64,000 nucleotides of DNA. Source: Veleropilina oligotropha (taxonomy: Eukaryota). Made by a program: the position numbers and the translations under genes. The notes beneath the pieces were generated by a model, which made no database searches, had not been told where the DNA came from, and saw nothing but the letters and a program-made list of their open reading frames with translations. Positions 11,645 to 20,467 of this stretch are shown here, piece by piece; the first letter of the stretch is position 1; each line of letters starts with the position of its first letter. The stretch is from assembly GCA_048128005.1 (NCBI GenBank), contig JBEUKZ010000036.1, positions 434,001-498,000 on the forward strand, in the 5' to 3' direction.

Positions 11645-14629
11645 TTACTGATTAGAAGACCTCGGTCTAACAATAACCCGTTGTGCAGCAACACAGTGTA
11701 AACTGCTTAGGCCATCAGCCCCGGTTGAGTAGTCGCGCAGATAATGTTTGACAAACACGTTAGCGTTTTTCCAATATCCGGCCTGTAGTAACGCATTGAT
11801 ATTTAAATTATGTCGGAAGGCTACAGACGCTGCAATGGCCCGGACCTCATGTGCGCGGACCGATAAAATAGTTCGGTCGTCGTCATCACAACGGATGTAA
11901 ACATCTCTCACAGTTTGTGAAATCCACCGCGAAACAGTAGTCCTCGTAATGTCGCGGGTGTAGGTGGGCAAATACGATATGAATAAACGTAATTTTCCCT
12001 GTCGCAACTCACGGGTTCTGTCTAGGTAGAATCGAAGCGCCCGGACCGGGCAATTGAAGCGGTCTGCGTCGCGCCTTCCGACTAGCGTTAGCTTGGGAAT
12101 AACAACATCGGGTGCGTCCTCGTTCGGCCGCTGGTTCTTGGCTAAGAAGCCCAGAATGGGACGCAGTATCACCGACCCGTCTGACTGGAATCGTATGTCT
12201 CTTAGCTCGGAGGAGAAAGCATGAATCTCGGAACAACGCCTGCCCGACGCTAAGGCGATCAGAAAAACTGTTTTGTGCGTCAAGTTCCTCATGGTTATCT
12301 CGGACATCGGCTCATACGGGGGTAAGAGTAATGCGTTAAGAATAAGTACGATATTCCAGGCAGGTGGCTTAATTCTTCGGGTCGGTATCTCGAGTTCATA
12401 AGATCGTATAAAATCTGATATCGTTCGGTCGCTTGATAGGCCAGCATGGGCACGACACTGCTTTAGCGTGGTCGCGATCGTTGCCCGATAGCCTTTGACG
12501 GCGGACACTGACATACCGCGGTCGAAGAGCGACGATAAAAACTCGATAAACTTGTTCACAGGGGGACGGAGTATATTGATCTGCCTGCTGTGACACCAAT
12601 CCACGTACTTAACCCATCGGTAGTCATAGACTTTTGTAGTGGAAATCCTTCTCGATCGGTAGATACGTAAGGCTGTAGCTTTAGAAAATCCTTTCTTAGC
12701 AAGGGATCGTTCGATAACCGCCAGGCGTGTAAACGTAAGTGGTTCGGCGACTCGTGGAGTACACGGGTGCGTGGTTGCATTAACAGGTCTAGTTTCTGCG
12801 GTAACGCTAACGGTCGATCGACGATCAGATCGAGGAGGGTCGGAAACCAAGGTTGCGTGCGATACAGGGGCGCTATTAGCGTTATCTCGCAACGTTCGGT
12901 CGCTGCCTTCTGTAATACCAGTGATAGAATGCACGTCGGGGGGAAGGCATACGCGGACAGATTCTCCCATGTCATTGACATTGCGTCGACCGCCAGGGCG
13001 GCCGGGTCTGGGTACGGGGAGACATACAGAGGTAGTCGGTAATTGAATTCTGTTGCAAACAAGTCGACTTGGGGTTGCGACCACCGGCGGCAAACCTCCC
13101 GAGCTACTCGGCTGTGTAGCGTCCACTCTGTGTGTATTATCTGTGATCTCCGAGAGAGCGAATCCGCTCTGACATTCAGCTTTCCCGGGATGTGTCGGGC
13201 TCGAATCGTCGAGTTGAGGGACATCACTAAGCGGTGTAGGTCTATCGCTCGGTCGCATAGGGGACGCGAGCGTGTACCGCCCTGGTGCTGTATGTAAGCG
13301 ACGACAGTCGTGTTGTCCGTGGCGAGCATTATATGCTTGTTGCGGAGATGTGACGAGAGGGACCGTACTGACAGGTAGACGGCTTCTAACTCTAGGAAGT
13401 TGATATGTCGTCCCTGAAGGTCTGTCGGCCAAAGGCCTGATGTCTCGTAACTGTCGAGGTGACCACCCCAGCCGTCGTTCGAAGCGTCTGTGAACAGGTA
13501 AGCGTTCGGCTCTGGTGGGGATATAGGAACCGACTGGTCCGGCAAAGCGGGGTTCAACCACACTGCTGTCGTGTCGGTAAACCAATGCCGTAGATCGATG
13601 CGATCCTTCCACTGCCCCGTCCGTTGTATCCAGCGATCCCTGAAAGCCTGTTGTAACGGTCTTTTTTCCATGCGACCCGTCGGTAGCAGGGGCGCTACCG
13701 ACTCGATGTGCCCCAGGACAGTGGCCAGTTGTCGCGCCGTAGTTATGTCCGATGACAGGGTGTCTTGGATAACCGCGCGTAGGTTCCGCATACGCTTCTG
13801 GGTCGGCTTCGCGGTGTACCGGACCGTATCGAAGTCGACTCCGAGGAACGTAAACGTCGTCGAGGGCACGAAGCAGGATTTTGTCTCGTTGATCTGAAAT
13901 CCCAGGCGCTTCGTCGATGACAGGGTAAAGCTCGTAGACCGGAGGCACATATCTCGGGACGCCCCGAGGATCAGCCAGTCGTCGAGGTACATATGTACCC
14001 TGTGCCCTAGAGAGTGTAGGAAGGCCCCCAGGGCCTGTACTGTTCTCGTGAAGACGTACGGGGCTGACGATAGACCGAACGGTAGGCACCTGAATTGGTA
14101 GATCGTCTCCCCGTGTATAAACCGAAGGTACTGATGAGCCGTGATATGCATCGGGACATGCAGATACGCGTCGGCGAGATCGATAGACGCTGCCCAGTCG
14201 CCCGGACGGATGGCCGCTCGAATCTTCGAGAGGGTTTCTTGCTGGAATTTCTCGGTACGAAGATATAGGTTTAGGTACGAGAGATCGAGGATCGGTCTCC
14301 AGCGGCCATCGGGTTTCGGGACCAGGAAGAAATGGCTGTAAAATCCTGGTGTGCTGGGCGGCGCGGGATATATCGCTCTTTTTAGGAGCAAATCCCGCAC
14401 TGCCTGGTCTAAGACCGCTTGTTTCTCTCCGTTTAGGAGGCGAGCGTGTCTTGTTGGTGGTGCCTCGGTTAAGGTCGGATGCCGGTTGAATGCCAACTTG
14501 TATCCGGTACTCACGACTAAGTGGACCCAGTTGCTGTCTGTCAGCTCTAGCCAGGGCTGGCTGTGTGCTAACAGGCACGCTCCCACCGGCGGGAGCGGGC
14601 AACTGGGGCCGTCGCGAATGCCGGCAGCC
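11645..14629 (-). CDS. DIRS tyrosine recombinase ORF; long N-terminal part overlaps the RT ORF
   Basis: C-terminal YR motifs LASGRRCSE (R), AHEVR (HxxR), GYW, VKHY (Y); frame open from the gag stop. Confidence 0.93.
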   Translation of the reverse strand, partial: GCRHSRRPQLPAPAGGSVPVSTQPALARADRQQLGPLSREYRIQVGIQPASDLNRGTTNKTRSPPKRRETSGLRPGSAGFAPKKSDISRAAQHTRILQPFLPGPETRWPLETDPRSLVPKPISSYREIPARNPLEDSSGHPSGRLGSVYRSRRRVSACPDAYHGSSVPSVYTRGDDLPIQVPTVRSIVSPVRLHENSTGPGGLPTLSRAQGTYVPRRLADPRGVPRYVPPVYELYPVIDEAPGISDQRDKILLRALDDVYVPRSRLRYGPVHREADPEAYAEPTRGYPRHPVIGHNYGATTGHCPGAHRVGSAPATDGSHGKKTVTTGFQGSLDTTDGAVEGSHRSTALVYRHDSSVVEPRFAGPVGSYIPTRAERLPVHRRFERRLGWSPRQLRDIRPLADRPSGTTYQLPRVRSRLPVSTVPLVTSPQQAYNARHGQHDCRRLHTAPGRYTLASPMRPSDRPTPLSDVPQLDDSSPTHPGKAECQSGFALSEITDNTHRVDATQPSSSGGLPPVVATPSRLVCNRIQLPTTSVCLPVPRPGRPGGRRNVNDMGESVRVCLPPDVHSITGITEGSDRTLRDNANSAPVSHATLVSDPPRSDRRSTVSVTAETRPVNATTHPCTPRVAEPLTFTRLAVIERSLAKKGFSKATALRIYRSRRISTTKVYDYRWVKYVDWCHSRQINILRPPVNKFIEFLSSLFDRGMSVSAVKGYRATIATTLKQCRAHAGLSSDRTISDFIRSYELEIPTRRIKPPAWNIVLILNALLLPPYEPMSEITMRNLTHKTVFLIALASGRRCSEIHAFSSELRDIRFQSDGSVILRPILGFLAKNQRPNEDAPDVVIPKLTLVGRRDADRFNCPVRALRFYLDRTRELRQGKLRLFISYLPTYTRDITRTTVSRWISQTVRDVYIRCDDDDRTILSVRAHEVRAIAASVAFRHNLNINALLQAGYWKNANVFVKHYLRDYSTGADGLSSLHCVAAQRVIVRPRSSNQ

Positions 14630-14646
14630 CTAGGGCCGAGGCTTCC
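12556..14646 (-). CDS. DIRS pol: reverse transcriptase, RNase H and DNA adenine methyltransferase-like domain
   Basis: WRPILDL, LPFGLSSAP, YLDD; RNase H FTDAS, INFLELEA, TDN, HIPGKLNVRADSLSR; MT DLFAT and YAFPP. Confidence 0.95.
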   Translation of the reverse strand, partial: GSLGPRAAGIRDGPSCPLPPVGACLLAHSQPWLELTDSNWVHLVVSTGYKLAFNRHPTLTEAPPTRHARLLNGEKQAVLDQAVRDLLLKRAIYPAPPSTPGFYSHFFLVPKPDGRWRPILDLSYLNLYLRTEKFQQETLSKIRAAIRPGDWAASIDLADAYLHVPMHITAHQYLRFIHGETIYQFRCLPFGLSSAPYVFTRTVQALGAFLHSLGHRVHMYLDDWLILGASRDMCLRSTSFTLSSTKRLGFQINETKSCFVPSTTFTFLGVDFDTVRYTAKPTQKRMRNLRAVIQDTLSSDITTARQLATVLGHIESVAPLLPTGRMEKRPLQQAFRDRWIQRTGQWKDRIDLRHWFTDTTAVWLNPALPDQSVPISPPEPNAYLFTDASNDGWGGHLDSYETSGLWPTDLQGRHINFLELEAVYLSVRSLSSHLRNKHIMLATDNTTVVAYIQHQGGTRSRPLCDRAIDLHRLVMSLNSTIRARHIPGKLNVRADSLSRRSQIIHTEWTLHSRVAREVCRRWSQPQVDLFATEFNYRLPLYVSPYPDPAALAVDAMSMTWENLSAYAFPPTCILSLVLQKAATERCEITLIAPLYRTQPWFPTLLDLIVDRPLALPQKLDLLMQPRTRVLHESPNHLRLHAWRLSNDPLLRKDFLKLQPYVSTDREGFPLQKSMTTDGLSTWIGVTAGRSIYSVPL

Positions 14647-16879
14647 CTATCCCGCTCTGCTTGCGGGATTTCGCTGGAGGTGCTTGCCTCTTTGGAGTGG
14701 GTTTATTGGCCGGAGGCCTACCACCCGAAGAGGGCTTCGCACGCTTAGAAGGCTTCGGGGCCGGGGTGGGCCCGGAGCGCTTCTTCGAGTTGGCAGGTGG
14801 ACCCCGGGTGGGGAGCAGTACTGCCTTCTCGATGGCACGGTCCTTAATGTCCGCCGCTCTCTTGTCAACAAACTCCGTGAAGTTGTCACCAAAGAGAGTG
14901 GTGGCCGAGCAAGGTACGCATCGCAACGAGCGCCGGGTGGGCTCGTCCAGCGAGGTACCTTCCAGGCAAGCATCCCTACGAAGTAGGAGGGCATTGCCCA
15001 GGACACGTCCCGTCTCCAACGCGCTGGTCTCCTGCGCGGCAGCAACCTCCTGGAGGAAGGACAGGGCAGCCTCGGTGGCGCCGGGTCCATTCTCCTGTAA
15101 TACGGCTATCGCCCCGTCTAGGAAAAAATCCTGAACGGACGATAGCCGCAGAGCCCGTCGGGCGGAGCTCTCGAAAGCTTCCAAGGCGGACCAAGGAACT
15201 TTCGCTACGGAGGGAGTGTGACTGGCGGTCAGTCGACGCAACGAAGCGTCAACACGAGCCGGCTCAGTCGCCAGGCACGGGCCAGTGCATTCGAACGGGG
15301 TCGCTCGAGTACTGGCCCGGAGGTACCTCCCACTACGGAACCCCGAAGGGAACTCGTTCAGCGGGGAGGACTCCACCGGATTGCGCCCCTGAACGAGCTT
15401 GGTGATCGAGTCTACAACAAGATCCACCAGCCCGGACTGAGGTAAGGAGGGGAGCTCGGGGGCTTCCCTCGCAACAAACCGATGTGCTGCCGTCCTATGC
15501 TTGGCTACGTCTACAGCCGACCGAGTCGGTTCCGACAAGCCAAGCACCCCGCGAAGTGACGCAACAGCGTCGAGCCTTCGGCGGGTGGAGGAGGTCGGCT
15601 CCTGCGTGCCTGTAAGACTAATGTCTTCGGACCCGACCGATTCAGGGAGGTCGGTGTGATTTGAACAGAGATCCTCGTCGGAACGAGGGTCGATGTCTAT
15701 CACTGAGGCAGGAGCCGTGCTCTGCGCCATGGGCAGAAGTGTAGGTACCAGGTGCGGCTCGGGAGCCGTCGGCCAGGCCTTACACCGTTCCTCGATCCCC
15801 GCCGCGATCCATGCCTGGACGTTCTCAAAAGAGAAACCCGGAGGCAGGACGGGCGACGAACTAACAGCCGGTAGTTCTGTCGAGGTAACCGTGGCGCTAG
15901 GTAGACGGGCTGCATTGACAGGTCGAACCGAGGACCAGGGTCCACGGGCACTTGTCGAGGGGTCGAACCCGAAGGACTGGCCCGGAGGCGCAGTCAGTGG
16001 GCCGGACGACCGATAGGACTGCGGCAACAGTTCTGATCGGTCTACCACTCTGTTCGAGCGAGGCACGGACGGAAAACCGCCGTAGAACCCCGTCCCGAAC
16101 GCAGCCGGTCTGTCCACGTTCTCTAGCGTGACCACGGTGGGTGCACGGGAGAGACCGGGCCCTCTGAATGTCTCGTGAGCTTCGAGGTTGAGCGGAAAAC
16201 CCCTAGGGGAAGTCGCATCGTTCTCGACCGAGGATTCAGGTTTCGCCGATTGTCCGAGTCTTAGACCTACAAGTAGGTGCCCGGCCTCTTTAAAGGCTTT
16301 CTCTGCATTGGGTCTGTCACCGTAGGAAGATGGTGAGTTTCCCGCAGAAGGACTAACTGTCCCCTTATTCTTCGAGGCCGAAGAAAAGGATGGGGATGGT
16401 CTGCCCTGTACAGCTGTTCGCTGCGCTGTCATGTATACCTTGCTAGCCGGCAAGGTATGGCTGACTGCAGCTACTAGGCCCGGTTTAGGAGGATCGGTCG
16501 ACACTCGGGTCTTTACCTGAATCTTGGGTACCGGCAAGGTTTCGGTGACTCTCCCAAGAGTCGCGGAGGTTTCGCCGGTGGATCCGGCGACAGACGTCCC
16601 CTTGTGTCGGCTGTCGTCCAGCGTCCCTGAAGCAGACAAAGAAGAAACGTTAGGTAACTTACCGGTCTCTTCCTGACCCTTCTCCTGGGGAGGACCCACC
16701 GTGGCAGTCGCCCTGGTCGACTTACCGTGGTGAGACAGGGTTGCCCACTGCTTATCTGATAGAAGAAAGCACAGATCACATTGATGATGTATACTACAGC
16801 TACGGTGAGTACAACATTCCTTGTGCCTATCAAATGCGTGAATTTTCTGGTTACACCCGGAGCTACTGCACCGGACCAT
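14630..16879 (-). CDS. DIRS gag-like ORF1
   Basis: ATG at 16879; N-terminal Cys/His cluster (CSSSGC...DRHKECCTHRSC...CDLC); LLRRD..L and TLFG motifs typical of DIRS gag; basic C-terminus. Confidence 0.88.
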   Translation of the reverse strand: MVRCSSSGCNQKIHAFDRHKECCTHRSCSIHHQCDLCFLLSDKQWATLSHHGKSTRATATVGPPQEKGQEETGKLPNVSSLSASGTLDDSRHKGTSVAGSTGETSATLGRVTETLPVPKIQVKTRVSTDPPKPGLVAAVSHTLPASKVYMTAQRTAVQGRPSPSFSSASKNKGTVSPSAGNSPSSYGDRPNAEKAFKEAGHLLVGLRLGQSAKPESSVENDATSPRGFPLNLEAHETFRGPGLSRAPTVVTLENVDRPAAFGTGFYGGFPSVPRSNRVVDRSELLPQSYRSSGPLTAPPGQSFGFDPSTSARGPWSSVRPVNAARLPSATVTSTELPAVSSSPVLPPGFSFENVQAWIAAGIEERCKAWPTAPEPHLVPTLLPMAQSTAPASVIDIDPRSDEDLCSNHTDLPESVGSEDISLTGTQEPTSSTRRRLDAVASLRGVLGLSEPTRSAVDVAKHRTAAHRFVAREAPELPSLPQSGLVDLVVDSITKLVQGRNPVESSPLNEFPSGFRSGRYLRASTRATPFECTGPCLATEPARVDASLRRLTASHTPSVAKVPWSALEAFESSARRALRLSSVQDFFLDGAIAVLQENGPGATEAALSFLQEVAAAQETSALETGRVLGNALLLRRDACLEGTSLDEPTRRSLRCVPCSATTLFGDNFTEFVDKRAADIKDRAIEKAVLLPTRGPPANSKKRSGPTPAPKPSKRAKPSSGGRPPANKPTPKRQAPPAKSRKQSGIGKPRP

Positions 16880-17148
16880 AGCTAAATACACTGGAGGGTG
16901 GACGTGGGTAGACGGGGTAGATAAATAGGTATATATATGGTAGTTGAGACTTCTTCCTTGGAGGGAGTACTACGACAACTCACAGAATTGTCCTGATCTG
17001 AAGATTAGAGATCAAGCGATATACCGTTATTAGAACCCGAACTGGGAACACCGAGGTCGGGTATTTTACCCGACCGACCCGGTAACCCGGCAAATTGACT
17101 AAAACAAAGGGGGGTTCTTTCCTCGAAAAAACCCGCCCAGAAAAACAC

Positions 17149-17336
17149 CTGAAAACCTCGTGGATGTTTTAAGTTAGTACAATGGCGTATTATCCCAGCA
17201 ACGGCAGGATATCAGAAAATTAACGCAAGCTTAATATCAAAAGATCCTGCCTTTTAACAACGCTAGAAAATTTTATATATATAATAAATAACCAGCAAAT
17301 AGCGTTGTTAAGGAATTATCCAATATAATGAGTTAC
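17149..17336 (-). other. Predicted 188-nt spliceosomal intron in DIRS 5' leader
   Basis: AG|GTAACT donor, TACTAAC at 17173-17179, TTTTCAG|G acceptor; all three conserved in the decayed copy (847-1029). Confidence 0.65.
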
Positions 17337-17660
17337 CTGTTTTGCAGTCTCAAACAATATCAGATAATTATACAGACCAGAAATTTCAGCTACCACTCGA
17401 AACTTTCCCTCTAAGCGGCCATCTTTAATGGCCACTGGCGTCCTTGACGACGATGTCTGTTTCCTTTGATGTCCAGAACTTCCTCGAAGTTTTGAGAATC
17501 ACTCTTCTTATATTCACATGTGTTTTATATCCACAACACTGTTATATTCCACTACTTATATACTATATAAGTAGAAACTGCGCCCTGATTTAACGTGAAA
17601 TCGGGCGCCTATATCGAAATATTTGCGGAGCAAAAACAACGTCTTTCCGCGGCAGCGGAA

Positions 17661-17867
17661 AACTTTGAATTGATGTCATGTGACTTCTATTGTTCAGAAG
17701 TCTCACGAGACTTGGCGAAGTCTCGCTAGGGAACGTGGGGGGTAGGAGCAGGGGAGGTAACCGTGTGCTTTTTTGGCTTATTAACGGTGCATTATGGGAC
17801 ATATTCACCATTTCCGGTTTGGGCGATAATATACTATTATGGCAAGAGTAAGGACGTAAGTATGTTT
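17661..17867. repeat. DIRS 5' inverted terminal repeat
   Basis: Reverse complement of 10454-10660. Confidence 0.95.
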
Positions 17868-17969
17868 GTAACTATATATGAGGACGCGGCGTAACGGACG
17901 CTCAACCACAGTATCCCCCGACACTTTCGTTTCGGGGGATACAATTACAGAATAGATCAATGCACCCAC

Positions 17970-18244
17970 CTCTCCGTGTTCATATTCTGCTCCGCATCGT
18001 ACAGGCAGAACGGTTTATCAATGGTGGTACACTCCTTCATGAATTCTATTGAGCCTCCGGGATCCGCGGAGATATCGCAGAGCGCGATGAGACGATGAGG
18101 GAGTTGTGGGCATCCCACGCTCGAAGGTATCCACGGGGTCGGGACCGGCCCCAGCAACGATTTGGCATCCGGGATCGTTATGAGGCGTGGCGCATTCGGA
18201 GCCCAGTAAATACCGTTGATGAGCACGGAGGCATACGGAGCAAC
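17970..18244 (-). CDS. AASS: AASS coding exon 7 ([14 protein letters not shown]...[25 protein letters not shown])
   Basis: gccag / gtgggt, 275 nt; hallmark LKR motifs. Confidence 0.97.
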
Positions 18245-18741
18245 CTGGCAAATGGAGAAATATATTTCATTTCCTCAGTTATAAACTTGTAACCGCAGCG
18301 TCACATTCAAGACGCAACAGTATTTATTAGGAAAAATACAATGAAAAATTTTCATGAGTTTCACATGAAGATTCTGCATGTCAGAGCTAGAAACATGGAG
18401 ACTCTGATTATGACTGCAACAATTAATATATATATATAAATCATTTATTGGTAGAAAATATTTCCAAATTATGGAAGATATCGCAAAGTTCCGACTTTTT
18501 AACTTCAGAATAAACATGGCATGGCTGTTTAAATTATGGTATAATAGACCACTTGTTGGTGAGAAAGTTGTATATAATGAGAGAATCTATCAGTATCATT
18601 ATAATATCAAATATGAGGAGCATACTTCAAGCAAAAATGGAGTTATTGCTTACACCTCACATGTCACGTCTCTAGTAACACAACAGTATTAACAATCAAT
18701 ATCTAGAACAAAATATAAGCATTTGTTTTGACAAAAATTAC

Positions 18742-18869
18742 CGATTTGCTAAATGTGGATAGATATCTTTCAGGATGCTGTTCAAACTCATCAGCGTTAA
18801 ACTTCCCGCCGTCTTTACGAATGTAGTGATCTTCTCGGCTCACGACACAGGCGTAGAGTTTATTGGTGG
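18742..18869 (-). CDS. AASS: AASS coding exon 6 (TNKLYACVVSREDHYIRKDGGKFNADEFEQHPERYLSTFSKS)
   Basis: ttcag / gtaatt, 128 nt, phase 1-0; HPERY motif. Confidence 0.94.
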
Positions 18870-19956
18870 CTGAATATACATTAAGTAATATGATAAAACG
18901 TCTTGAGTTAATACAATGTAGTATATATTCACAGAGTACTTATAAAGTAAAGACAATAAAATATATTGTGTCGAAACAACAAGGGCTTCATTTATACGGT
19001 AATCGTGATATCCTTCTAGAAAATCAGATTTAATAGACAAAATAAAAGTAACTACCTATTATAATATGAATTTATTTTACTGTTATAAATTTTCAGCATA
19101 AAGGTTCTGATAAATAATGACATGGGGACAAGTGATATTCTTTTCATTATCCGCGACATCTGATTGGTCAAAATGACGTCACGAGGAGTTTGAGAAATAC
19201 TCGTTTCAAACTAGACGTTTTCGTATCAAACTACACATCGTCTACTAGACGTCATTCGCTTCTGCGGGAGATAATAAAGTGTTTTCAAGTATTTCGTTGA
19301 GTTTCAATCATATACATACTGTATATGACTAAACTATTCCTCAGCTTTTCAAATATCCAGGTTATTTTGTGCTTAGGATAACCCGTAAGGTGCAATTTAA
19401 CATGACGTTATTCATTGCTTAGTCGTTGTTCAGCATTGACAGGCATATAAAGTAAGTTTTTTTTTAAATGAAATGAAAATAAAAATGTTACCCTGTGGCA
19501 TCTCGTTTGATACGTACGTTTATCCTGTTCGCTATGAAAATATCACACTCGACTTAGTCTTTTGTGATATTTTCAAAGCTCCCAAGATAAACATACGTCT
19601 CAAACTCGCCGCCCCAGGATAACGTTAATTAATGTCAAATATATTCCGGTTATTGGAACTATTATCAGAATTATTAAGGATATTAATAAATTGGTGTGGG
19701 ATACTGACTTTGATCTCATAGAGTTTATAAGCCACTTGTACTTTGTACAAATTTGATAATTACATAATCCAATAGCTAGAACACAGGCACCCTAGTGGTG
19801 TTCATAGTTGAGCAGTGCAATTACCCGCTCAATGTGACCATTAAAATAATTGTGTTTACATATTTTATGGCTGTTTCATTAAATCTATATATTCTTACAG
19901 GTGGCAGAATAGTTAACACCAATAAGCAATGGTGTTTTTCCCTCTCTTACCCCCTT

Positions 19957-20232
19957 ATTTGCCTCACACTTACCCCCCTGCGTGACATGATCTGGTGTTT
20001 GCCTCACACTTACCCCTCTGCGTGACATGTTCTGGTGTTTGCCTCACACTTACGCCCATGCGTGACATGTTCTGGTGTTTGCCTCACACTTACCCCCCTG
20101 CGTGACATGTTCTGGTGTTTGCCTCACACTTACGCCCATGCGTGACATGTTCTGGTGTTTGCCTCACACTTTCCCCCCCCCTGCGTGACATGATCTGGTG
20201 TTAGTCCCACACTTACCCCCTTGTGTGACGAC
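19957..20232. repeat. 40-bp minisatellite containing the exon-5 end and its GTAAGT donor
   Basis: About 6 units of TTTGCCTCACACTTACCCCCCTGCGTGACATGTTCTGGTG. Confidence 0.93.
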
Positions 20233-20295
20233 TTTTGGGAGATGTTCCGGTTCAATATATTCATGTGGCAGCTCCTGAAAGACTTCCTGGGCTCC
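20217..20295 (-). CDS. AASS: AASS coding exon 5 (GAQEVFQELPHEYIEPEHLPKVVTQG)
   Basis: ttcag / gtaagt, 79 nt, phase 0-1. Confidence 0.94.
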
Positions 20296-20467
20296 CTGAA
20301 AATTAAATTTGGAAAACTGAATAATTAATTTTGCACAGAATCCTGAAAAGACAATTATCAACGTAAAATATTATAATAATTTGCTGCAATTCAAATTTTC
20401 AAGATTAAGCAACAAATTTACGCTAAATTGAAGCAATTTCAATCTTCTTTAACTTATTAAAGCATGT

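Larger units (their letters stand above)
10421..17883 (-). mobile_element. Full-length DIRS1-like tyrosine-recombinase retrotransposon in an AASS intron
   Basis: 207-bp ITRs (10454-10660 / 17661-17867), internal complementary region, gag, RT-RNaseH-MT and YR ORFs all open; ATGAGG at both junctions. Confidence 0.96.

Noticed and set aside
11645..13100. Prophage or bacterial contamination (integrase plus Dam-like methylase)
   Set aside because: Both domains sit in canonical DIRS architecture (ITR, ICR, RT) inside a spliced animal gene
14351..15134. Plus-strand ORFs of 157-211 aa antisense to DIRS gag/pol
   Set aside because: Expected by-product of GC-rich coding sequence; no motifs
19535..19575. 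Hairpin TGAAAATATCACA...TGTGATATTTTCA as an end of a Crypton-like element
   Set aside because: Could not define the other boundary or any coding remnant
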